Shown: one piece after another, positions 1 through 7,092 of the stretch | Layout of the letters: each line of letters begins with the position of its first letter | Numbering within the stretch: the stretch's first letter is position 1 | DNA from: Nostoc sp. | Lineage (GTDB): Bacteria > Cyanobacteriota > Cyanobacteriia > Cyanobacteriales > Nostocaceae | Assembly: GCF_036919555.1 (NCBI RefSeq) | Contig: NZ_JBALCS010000100.1 | Coordinates: forward strand, 69,934-101,933 | Length of the DNA: 32,000 nucleotides | Direction of reading: 5' to 3' | The notes under the pieces: model-generated | The model's input: the letters and a program-made list of their open reading frames with translations, nothing else | Database searches by the model: none | Told to the model about the DNA's origin: nothing | Translations under genes and position numbers: made by a program

Positions 1-641
1 GGCTGACACACACCTTTGGTTGTGAGTTCTGCGATCGCGCGATCGTTAGCTTCAATATATTCTGGTGGTATCATGTCGCGCCATCGGACTCGCCCTGCTA
101 GCAAATCCTGTTGTGAATAACCTACCATTTCTAAAAAAGCATCATTCGCCTCTGCGATCGCTCCGTCCATTTTGACTACAATTACCCCAATAATGTTGGA
201 ATCTACCAACCTTCTAAACCTGGCCTCACTCACCTGAAGATATTGTTTGGCAGTGCGTAACTCGGAATTGAGCAAGCTAATAAGTATTGTCACTAGCACA
301 AACAAGCCTAACCGCACCATGCTATCTAGACTCGCAACAAACAGCGAAAATACTGGCTCTAAAAAAAAGTAGCTGACGGCTAAAGTAGACAAAGCGGTAG
401 CCAGCAACCCTGCTTCCATGCCGCTATACCAGGCACTAACCGCCACGGCAGCAAAAAACAGCAGAAAAATAGTTGGTTCCAGTAGTGGCTGTAGCAATAG
501 TGTTAGCAGCAATCCGCTACCAACAGCCAATAGTCCCACAGCATAACGCGCTAGCAGGAAACGTGTTCCTTTCAATGTGGCTTCTCCTTTTATGCAGCTA
601 GCTAAAGGATTATTCCCAAAATCAGCTAGATAATGCTGCAT
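1..641 (-). CDS. Sensor protein N-terminus (DUF4118/KdpD-like membrane domain followed by the start of a PAS domain), probably a histidine kinase. The 3' part lies outside the window.
   Basis: Not in the ORF track because it is cut by the window edge. My minus-strand translation from the ATG at 641-639 reads MQHYLADFGNNPLASCIKGEATLKGTRFLLARYAVGLLAVGSGLLLTLLLQPLLEPTIFLLFFAAVAVSAWYSGMEAGLLATALSTLAVSYFFLEPVFSL...RLGLFVLVTILISLLNSELRTAKQYLQVSEARFRRLVDSNIIGVIVVKMDGAIAEANDAFLEMVGYSQQDLLAGRVRWRDMIPPEY. It stays open to position 1. The multi-TM pattern followed by a coiled linker and a PAS-like block is typical of DUF4118-PAS sensor kinases. Confidence 0.7.
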   Translation of the reverse strand, partial: MQHYLADFGNNPLASCIKGEATLKGTRFLLARYAVGLLAVGSGLLLTLLLQPLLEPTIFLLFFAAVAVSAWYSGMEAGLLATALSTLAVSYFFLEPVFSLFVASLDSMVRLGLFVLVTILISLLNSELRTAKQYLQVSEARFRRLVDSNIIGVIVVKMDGAIAEANDAFLEMVGYSQQDLLAGRVRWRDMIPPEYIEANDRAIAELTTKGVCQ

Positions 642-833
642 CTACGCCCGTCGTAGACATCGCTCAACACCTATTATCAGGGGAAAAATACACATTTTAG
701 CAGTTAGTTACTGCGAATCTATCTAAAGTCGTAAAACTCAGTTTTAGTAAAGGTACAATAGCTGATAATTATCACTCTAATTATATATATAATTTTTTAG
801 TCTCTATCAAAAAGAATAGATTTATTAACTTTT

Positions 834-2126
834 TCAATTAATTCCCTTTAGTATATAAGTCATCATTTCACCTTTACCCTTAACCATAATTAAACCTCGT
901 TTCTCCAAAAAGTATTTATCCTTTAAAAGCTGATAAGTTGCTTCACAAACCTGGATACTACCTGCTATACCATGTGATTCCATTCTACTAGCTGTATTAA
1001 CTGTATCTCCCCAAAGGTCGTAGGCAAACTTTTTCAGCCCAATCACCCCTGCCACAACTGGCCCTGTACTAATGCCAATACGGATGCTAAAAGACTGGTT
1101 ATTTTCTTCGTTAAACGTAGCTATAGCATTTTGCATATTCAAGGCCATGTTAGCTATTACTGGAGCATGGTTATTAGACTTATTTGGCAACCCCGCAACA
1201 GCCATATATGCATCGCCAATCGTCTTGATTTTCTCTACTCCATGACGTTCTGCTAATTGGTCGAACAAACAGAATATTGTATTTAATAACTCGACTAATT
1301 CGGCAGGAGATGTCCGAGTTGAAAGCTCTGTAAAGCCAACAATATCGGCAAATAGCACCGTAACTTCTAGAAAGCTATTGGCAATAGTTGTATACTGTTG
1401 TTTTAATTGTTCTACAATCATCTCTGGTAGAATATTTAGTAGCAGCATTTCTGATTTTTGCTGCGCTAGTTCCATTGCCTTACGGGCGTAAAATTCTTTT
1501 TTTCGCAAGCGTTCGTATAAATAGACAGAGAAGACACAAATTATGCAGGTCCAAAATAAGTATAAACCCTGCTCCATGTAAAAAGCGAATGGATTTTTTA
1601 ATATAGGATTATATAAGATATATAAAATTAAATAGCAAACAATTGTTCCAATTTGCGAAATTAAATGTATCCACCATTGCACTGGAACGATTGTAGCCTG
1701 AGTGAGAAACATCAGAGTCCAAATATTACTTCTAGGTTCCAGACTATTAAACAACAAAGCTATATCAATTTGGACAGCACAAGTTACAGACCAGCATAAA
1801 CTCAAAAAAATTAAGTTTGGGTAACGACGACCTATAGAGTTTTTACATAAACCCCAACAAATGAACGTGAATAGTTCTACTAAAAGACCGATTTTGAAGG
1901 CGTATATCTTGCCTTCTAATTGTGAATTTGCCCAAAGAAAAAAAGCGATCAAAGTCAAGCCAGCTACTAGGATAATCTGCGCTTGCAATTGCAGCCGTTT
2001 CAGCTGAAAGCTCTGTCGCTGTTCTTTGTAGGATTCGGCAAGATTATTGTTGGTTTGCCCATAGGACATTCCGTGACTAATGAGCGTATCTAGTTGGGTT
2101 TTGTCTGAGTTATTTGGATGAATCAT
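834..2126 (-). CDS. Membrane-anchored class III adenylate/guanylate cyclase
   Basis: 430-aa ORF. The N-terminal half has several hydrophobic helices. The C-terminal half carries cyclase homology domain motifs: VLFADIVGFTELS, KTIGDAYMAVAGLP, YDLWGDTVNTASRMES. Confidence 0.9.
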   Translation of the reverse strand: MIHPNNSDKTQLDTLISHGMSYGQTNNNLAESYKEQRQSFQLKRLQLQAQIILVAGLTLIAFFLWANSQLEGKIYAFKIGLLVELFTFICWGLCKNSIGRRYPNLIFLSLCWSVTCAVQIDIALLFNSLEPRSNIWTLMFLTQATIVPVQWWIHLISQIGTIVCYLILYILYNPILKNPFAFYMEQGLYLFWTCIICVFSVYLYERLRKKEFYARKAMELAQQKSEMLLLNILPEMIVEQLKQQYTTIANSFLEVTVLFADIVGFTELSTRTSPAELVELLNTIFCLFDQLAERHGVEKIKTIGDAYMAVAGLPNKSNNHAPVIANMALNMQNAIATFNEENNQSFSIRIGISTGPVVAGVIGLKKFAYDLWGDTVNTASRMESHGIAGSIQVCEATYQLLKDKYFLEKRGLIMVKGKGEMMTYILKGIN

Positions 2127-2190
2127 GCACTTTTTGCGTTATTAGTAATTAAGGGAGTAGGGAGTGGGGCATGGCGAATGGAAATAATTA

Positions 2191-2239
2191 CCAATGCCCA
2201 ATGCCCAATGCCCAATGTCCAATGCCCAATGCCCAATAC
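2191..2239. repeat. Heptamer tandem repeat (CCAATGC x7, two degenerate units), STRR-like
   Basis: Direct reading: ccaatgc ccaatgc ccaatgc ccaatgt ccaatgc ccaatgc ccaatac. It sits in the divergent intergenic region between the cyclase and the helicase. It generates the spurious MPNAQCPMSNAQCPIL N-terminal extension seen in the ORF track. Confidence 0.9.
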
Positions 2240-2241
2240 TC

Positions 2242-3864
2242 ATGGTTCGCACCCCCACATTAAATTTTGATCGTGGCACATTAATTTTGCATCCACCACC
2301 ACGCGGCAAAGGTTGGATGGATTATGCTACGTGGGATGATCGAGTTGAAAAATTCCGCATTCCGGCGATTAGATACCGATCGCTAGTGGAAGCACTACAA
2401 GCGGAAGATGTTAATTTTATCGATGAGGCCAAGCAATTTTATCCTGTAGATTTGGTTCCCAGCCTGGAAATGGAACCCTATGCCCACCAGACTGAGGCGC
2501 TAGCGGCTTGGAAACTGGCGGGTAGACTAGGGGTAGTTGTGCTTCCTACGGCGGCGGGAAAGACTTATTTGGCGCAAATGGCGATGCAGTCAACGCCACG
2601 CACGACGCTGATTGTGGTGCCAACTTTGGATTTAATGCATCAGTGGTATGCACACTTAGTAGCGGCTTTCCCTGATGCTGAGGTGGGATTGCTGGGGGGT
2701 GGTTCGCGGGATAGAACGGCTATTTTAGTTGCAACTTATGATAGTGCAGCAATTCACGCCGAAACGTTGGGAAATCAATATGCGTTGATTGTTTTTGATG
2801 AATGTCATCATTTACCGACAGATTTTAATCGGGTGATTGCTGAATATGCGATCGCACCTTATCGGCTGGGACTCTCCGCGACACCGGAACGCACTGATGG
2901 TAAACACGCTGACTTAAATATTCTCATTGGCCAAGAAGTATATCGCAAACGCGCTGAAGATTTGGCGGGAAAGGCGTTAGCAGAACATGAAATTGTTCAA
3001 ATTAAGGTAAAGTTATCGCAACTTGAGCGGGAAAGATACAATCAACTAATTCAAACCCGCAACGACTTTTTGAAGCAATCTAAGATTTCTTTGGGGAGTC
3101 TTCAAGGTTGGCAAATGTTCGTGCAAATGAGTGCTAGATCGCAATCTGGACGTAGAGCTATGTTAGCGCACCGGGAAGCAAAAGATATCGCCTTGGGTAC
3201 TGATGGTAAATTGCGAATTCTGGTTAATTTATTGGCAGAACATTATCCGGCAAGAATTTTGATTTTTACTGCTGATAATGCAACGGTTTACCGCATTTCT
3301 CAAGAGTTACTAATTCCGGCAATTACCCATCAAACTCCTGTAAAGGAACGGCATGAGATATTAACAAAGTTTCGAGAGGGTAAATATAATACTTTGGTTG
3401 CTTCTCATGTGTTGAATGAAGGTGTTGATGTGCCTGCGGCTTCTGTGGCAATTATTTTATCGGGAACGGGTTCGGCTAGGGAGTATACTCAGCGATTGGG
3501 GAGGGTTTTACGGAAGGGGAATATTGAGAATAAGCGGGCGATTTTATATGAGGTGGTGGCGGAGGATACGAGTGAGGAAGGGACTTCGGCGCGGCGGAGA
3601 GGGGAGAGGAGTAACGAACCACGAAGGCGCGTTCACGAAGTGTCTCGAAGAGAAGGACACGAAGGGAAGAAAGAGAATAAAGGGAAGTTAGAGGTTGTGT
3701 ATGGGAGTGGGAAGGAAGGGAGTTTGAAGGCTGCGGAACAGTTAGAGATTAATTATTCAACTGGAAGTTCAAAATCTAAAATTCCAAATTCAGATGTTAC
3801 CGACAGATTTACTGATGCATCGCCAAAACGGGGAGGAGATTATTCCGAAGAGACTGAAGATTGA
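2242..3864 (+). CDS. Superfamily 2 DNA helicase, XPB/Ssl2-like (DEAH type), with a low-complexity basic C-terminal tail
   Basis: Helicase motifs: I LPTAAGKT, Ia VVPTLDLMHQW, II VFDECHHL, III LGLSATPER, V LVASHVLNEGVDVP, VI QRLGRVLR. I placed the start at ATG 2242 (MVRTPTLNFDRGTL) because 2194-2241 is the heptamer repeat. It is followed by a DUF790/Bax1-type gene, the usual XPB partner. Confidence 0.85.
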   Translation: MVRTPTLNFDRGTLILHPPPRGKGWMDYATWDDRVEKFRIPAIRYRSLVEALQAEDVNFIDEAKQFYPVDLVPSLEMEPYAHQTEALAAWKLAGRLGVVVLPTAAGKTYLAQMAMQSTPRTTLIVVPTLDLMHQWYAHLVAAFPDAEVGLLGGGSRDRTAILVATYDSAAIHAETLGNQYALIVFDECHHLPTDFNRVIAEYAIAPYRLGLSATPERTDGKHADLNILIGQEVYRKRAEDLAGKALAEHEIVQIKVKLSQLERERYNQLIQTRNDFLKQSKISLGSLQGWQMFVQMSARSQSGRRAMLAHREAKDIALGTDGKLRILVNLLAEHYPARILIFTADNATVYRISQELLIPAITHQTPVKERHEILTKFREGKYNTLVASHVLNEGVDVPAASVAIILSGTGSAREYTQRLGRVLRKGNIENKRAILYEVVAEDTSEEGTSARRRGERSNEPRRRVHEVSRREGHEGKKENKGKLEVVYGSGKEGSLKAAEQLEINYSTGSSKSKIPNSDVTDRFTDASPKRGGDYSEETED

Positions 3865-5008
3865 TCAGAAAACTTCGGAGTTGGCGATTGAGTTAATTAA
3901 TTATTTTCAATCAGCAGTGGGGAAGACTCAGGGTGTGCTTGAGCGACAACTGACTGATTTTGAAGGAGATTCTACAGATTATCGGGTGAAGCGGGGATTA
4001 GCTTATATTCTCAAAAGCAGTTTTTGCACTTTTGAGGTAGTTAGTCCTTTGGAACCACAAATGTTAAGAGAACGGGTGTTTTCGCTAGCTTCAAAGTCTG
4101 TTTCTAGTCGGGAATCAACACAAGTTACTCTTGGTAAAGTTGCTGATGAGTTAACTCAAGAACTTGAACGGGAAGTTTTATTGGAACAGGTTCGGAATGG
4201 ACTATATGCTGATTTATCTGAAAATAAGATTTTGACTGTGTTTGATGCACCAACAGCACCAGATTTGTTGAATCGATATAATTTATCTCAGGTACAGGGT
4301 GTGTTTTATAAGGCCAGTCAACTGGTGTTAAATGCTCATCGGAATGTTCCGGGTGAATATAAGCTGTTATTCCGCTATTTAAAGTTGTTTCAATTGATGG
4401 CTTATATTGAGGGCGATGCTGACCACGGGTTTACAATTACCATTGATGGGCCGACGAGTTTGTTTAGTTCTAGTACGCGGTATGGGTTAGCGATCGCAAA
4501 ACTTATTCCTGCTTTACTTCACGTTACTAGATGGAGTCTTTCTTCGATTCTCCAAAGCCGCGACGCTTATACAAATACTTGGAAAACTGGACGTTTCACT
4601 CTCAATTCTGAATGTGGTTTGGTATCTCATTATCCACCAGGGAAGCCCTACGATAGTATGCTAGAAGCATCCTTTGCTGATAAGTGGGATGCGTTGAAAA
4701 GTGGTTGGGCGTTAGAGCGAGAAGTTGATTTGATCCCAATTCCCGGTAGCGTGATGATTCCCGATTTTCGCTTGGTGCATTCTGATGGACGCACTTTCTT
4801 ATTAGAAATTGTTGGTTATTGGCGACCTGAATATTTACAAAAAAAGTTTTCTCAGGTGCGGCGGGCTGGACGTGACGACTTGATTTTGGCAATTTCTGAG
4901 CGACTTAATTTAGAAAAGGCGGGAGTAAAATTAAATGATGTCCCCGGAAGAATTGTTTGGTTTAAAGATAAGTTATTGCCGAAAGCTGTGTTAGCTGTGA
5001 TGGATTGA
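3794..5008 (+). CDS. DUF790 / Bax1-type endonuclease (XPB-binding nuclease family)
   Basis: 404-aa ORF. It begins MLPTDLL and has a C-terminal nuclease signature, SVMIPDFRLVHSDGRTFLLEIVGYWRPEYLQKK, which I recognise as DUF790. Its start overlaps the helicase 3' end by 71 nt. Confidence 0.8.
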   Translation: MLPTDLLMHRQNGEEIIPKRLKIDQKTSELAIELINYFQSAVGKTQGVLERQLTDFEGDSTDYRVKRGLAYILKSSFCTFEVVSPLEPQMLRERVFSLASKSVSSRESTQVTLGKVADELTQELEREVLLEQVRNGLYADLSENKILTVFDAPTAPDLLNRYNLSQVQGVFYKASQLVLNAHRNVPGEYKLLFRYLKLFQLMAYIEGDADHGFTITIDGPTSLFSSSTRYGLAIAKLIPALLHVTRWSLSSILQSRDAYTNTWKTGRFTLNSECGLVSHYPPGKPYDSMLEASFADKWDALKSGWALEREVDLIPIPGSVMIPDFRLVHSDGRTFLLEIVGYWRPEYLQKKFSQVRRAGRDDLILAISERLNLEKAGVKLNDVPGRIVWFKDKLLPKAVLAVMD

Positions 5009-5023
5009 TTAAGGAGAAATGAG

Positions 5024-5266
5024 ATGAAAAGTATAGAAACAATTGCCACGGTTACAAAAGATGGTAAGATTACAGCGCAATTACCATTGGATATTCCAGA
5101 GGGTGAACATCAGGTGGTAATAGTAATTGATGAAAAGCCTTTGGCAGAGAAAGCAGAGAGCAAGGAACAACGCCCTCCTCTAAACTTCCCTGTAGATAAT
5201 TATGGTTATTGGCCTGAAAATCTTTCTCTAAGACGTGAGGATATGTATGGTGATTGGGGTCGCTAA
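5024..5266 (+). CDS. Putative type II antitoxin (VapB-like partner of the downstream PIN toxin)
   Basis: 80-aa ORF with a good RBS (aaggagaaatgag before the ATG). It starts 15 nt after the Bax1 stop and overlaps the PIN gene start. Small size and an acidic C-terminus are typical for antitoxins. I cannot assign the fold family by eye. Confidence 0.6.
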   Translation: MKSIETIATVTKDGKITAQLPLDIPEGEHQVVIVIDEKPLAEKAESKEQRPPLNFPVDNYGYWPENLSLRREDMYGDWGR

Positions 5267-5699
5267 CTCTGTATTTCTGGACACGAACATTTTAGTGTAT
5301 GCAAATGTGTCCGAATCTCCCTTTCACCAAGCAGCACTACAGGCTATTGAAAATCTTTATGACGCAGGAATTGAATTATGGATTAGTCGCCAGGTGTTGC
5401 GGGAATTCTTAATGACTCTTAGTCGTCCACAAGCATTGATGAATCCCCGACCTGTTGCGCTCATAATTGAGCGTACCCGATTTTTTCAAGCTCAATTTCG
5501 AGTAGCTGATGAAACCGCCCAAGTGACAGAAAGACTTTTATCTCTAATGGAGCAAATTACTATTGGTGGTAAGCAAGTTCATGATGCAAATATTGTTGCC
5601 ACGATGCTAGTTTATGGCATTCCTCAGTTACTCACTCACAACATAGGTGATTTTGTAAGATTTTCTGGGTTAATTACTGTCTTGCCATTACAAGGTTAA
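5247..5699 (+). CDS. vapC: PIN-domain ribonuclease toxin, VapC family
   Basis: PIN signature: N-terminal VFLDTNILVY acidic motif and, later, VHDANIVATML. About 150 aa. It overlaps the upstream small ORF by 20 nt. Alternative starts are GTG 5235 and GTG 5250. Confidence 0.8.
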   Translation: MVIGVANSVFLDTNILVYANVSESPFHQAALQAIENLYDAGIELWISRQVLREFLMTLSRPQALMNPRPVALIIERTRFFQAQFRVADETAQVTERLLSLMEQITIGGKQVHDANIVATMLVYGIPQLLTHNIGDFVRFSGLITVLPLQG

Positions 5700-5810
5700 C
5701 GCCGTGTGCGACTTTATCTCAAACCTAACCCCCAACCCCTTCCCTACTAGCGTTGGGGAGCAAGAATCAAAGCCTCTCGACCTTTCGGGGAGAGGAATGG
5801 AAGCGGGGTT
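5699..5810 (-). mobile_element. Truncated copy of a small MITE-like dispersed repeat (same family as 26118-26276, opposite orientation)
   Basis: acgccgtgtgcgactttatctcaaacctaacccccaacccc...ggggagcaag..aaagcctctcgacc...ggggagaggaatggaagcggggtt aligns with the reverse complement of 26118-26276, with internal indels. The distal terminal inverted repeat is missing. The element begins at the last base of the vapC stop codon. Confidence 0.75.
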
Positions 5811-5840
5811 CCAATTTCGGTAATTGTACAATTCCACTGG

Positions 5841-6533
5841 CTAACCCCAAACGTTTCTGCGTTCCCAATATTGGACAACTCTTTTTTCCCACTGTTCCCA
5901 GTAATCTTTGATGACTGCTGATTCAAACCAAAATACCTCTGCTGGCATTTCTGGAATCGCTACTACCAAAAGAGCGTGCTTTAACTGAATACCATAATCT
6001 CGATAATACTCGTTAGCGGCTCCTATGTATGCCGTAAGTTGCAGTGGATGTTCATATAAATGCTCAATTGAGCCTTTGGGTTTGTCTGCTGTTTTCCACT
6101 CACAAATACAAGGAATACCTTGATAGCTGGCTATACAATCAACTTTGCCAGAATAACTCAAATCATGATGAAAAACAGAGCCTTCCACGAGTCTAACTGT
6201 GTCGATTTGTTGTAAAACTGGCTGGATACTCTCCCAATAAGGGCGACTCGCTTCGGGACAAACAGGGTTTTGTCCAAGGAGGTAGCGCTCAATTTGTTTG
6301 TGTGTTTGGGTTCCCCGACGGCTAGCAGTTGTAGTAATGCGGGTAGCTTCTTCTGTACCAACACGCGCTTTCCAGTTTAATAATCTGTCTCTGTCTGCTT
6401 GTGATTTGGTGGTATTAAGTATTGTAGTAACGCTAGGGAAGCGATTTCCGTTGGCATCTACATAATATTGTTTACCATTTTCTCTCTTGGCTGTGGCATT
6501 AATGCTTGGTAGCAGTTGGGTATCAAATTGCAT
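5841..6533 (-). CDS. PD-(D/E)XK nuclease, RecB-family or Cas4-like exonuclease fold without an obvious Fe-S cysteine cluster
   Basis: 230-aa ORF. It has FPSVTTIL and RGTQTHKQIERYL N-terminal motifs, a catalytic-type GKVDCIA...CICEWKT block (D-x12-E-x-K), and a downstream QLTAY (QxxxY) motif typical of RecB-like nucleases. Confidence 0.75.
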   Translation of the reverse strand: MQFDTQLLPSINATAKRENGKQYYVDANGNRFPSVTTILNTTKSQADRDRLLNWKARVGTEEATRITTTASRRGTQTHKQIERYLLGQNPVCPEASRPYWESIQPVLQQIDTVRLVEGSVFHHDLSYSGKVDCIASYQGIPCICEWKTADKPKGSIEHLYEHPLQLTAYIGAANEYYRDYGIQLKHALLVVAIPEMPAEVFWFESAVIKDYWEQWEKRVVQYWERRNVWG

Positions 6534-6626
6534 CAGTTGGTGTGTTGACTTTAATGTGTGTGATATATTTCCGAAATAGACAGAGCTACATTTGTATCTC
6601 CAAGTGCAATTAACTATTTTATAATT

Positions 6627-7088
6627 ATGGAACTTGTAACACTGACGGCGGCTGGAATCGCAACTCTTATTTTCTCAGAAGCCCTCAAAGAAGGAGGAAA
6701 AACTTTAGGAAAAGGTGTTTCAGAAAAAGTTGCTCAACTCTTGAATGCTATTCGTGAAAAGTTCCAGGCTGCGGGAACTGAAGGACTACTGACACGAGCG
6801 CAAGAAAATCCTATAGAGAAGAATACCTCAAAGTTCCAAGATGAACTGGAAACACAGATGGAAGAAGATGAAGCCTTTGCCAACCGTTTACAGGAATTAA
6901 TGACGCAGCTTAAATCAAACGAAACGATTAATCAAATTGTTCTCAAGGGAGTTCAGGTAAAAGGTAAGGCTAAAGTAGGCGATATAGATTTGGCAGCCAC
7001 GAGAGACGGTTCAGTGAATCAAGAAGCGGTGGTTGATTCTCAATTTGGCGACGATCTTGACGTTGGTGATGTGAACATAAAAGCCTAA
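6627..7088 (+). CDS. Small helical protein with a hydrophobic N-terminal helix and a duplicated C-terminal Q..VGD motif. Candidate Bell/HeLo-like membrane-targeting effector paired with the downstream NLR.
   Basis: 153-aa ORF ending 4 nt before the NB-ARC gene start. N-terminus MELVTLTAAGIATLIFSEAL is hydrophobic and rich in small residues. The middle is charged and helical. The C-terminus carries NQIVLKGVQVKGKAKVGDIDL and NQEAVVDSQFGDDLDVGDVNIK. Confidence that it is coding is high. The functional call is an inference. Confidence 0.6.
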   Translation: MELVTLTAAGIATLIFSEALKEGGKTLGKGVSEKVAQLLNAIREKFQAAGTEGLLTRAQENPIEKNTSKFQDELETQMEEDEAFANRLQELMTQLKSNETINQIVLKGVQVKGKAKVGDIDLAATRDGSVNQEAVVDSQFGDDLDVGDVNIKA

Positions 7089-7092
7089 AATC

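Noticed and set aside
2194-2241. ORF-track start of the helicase at 2194 (MPNAQCPMSNAQCPIL...)
   Set aside because: These codons are just the CCAATGC heptamer repeat read in frame. The conserved protein begins at MVRTPTLNF (2242).
3416-3691. 91-aa alternate-frame ORF within the helicase 3' region, and similar internal ORFs such as 1388-1606, 4602-4892, 11322-11678, 16884-17348 and 19078-19437
   Set aside because: Each is embedded in a longer ORF carrying clear family motifs. These internal ORFs have no motifs or RBS of their own.
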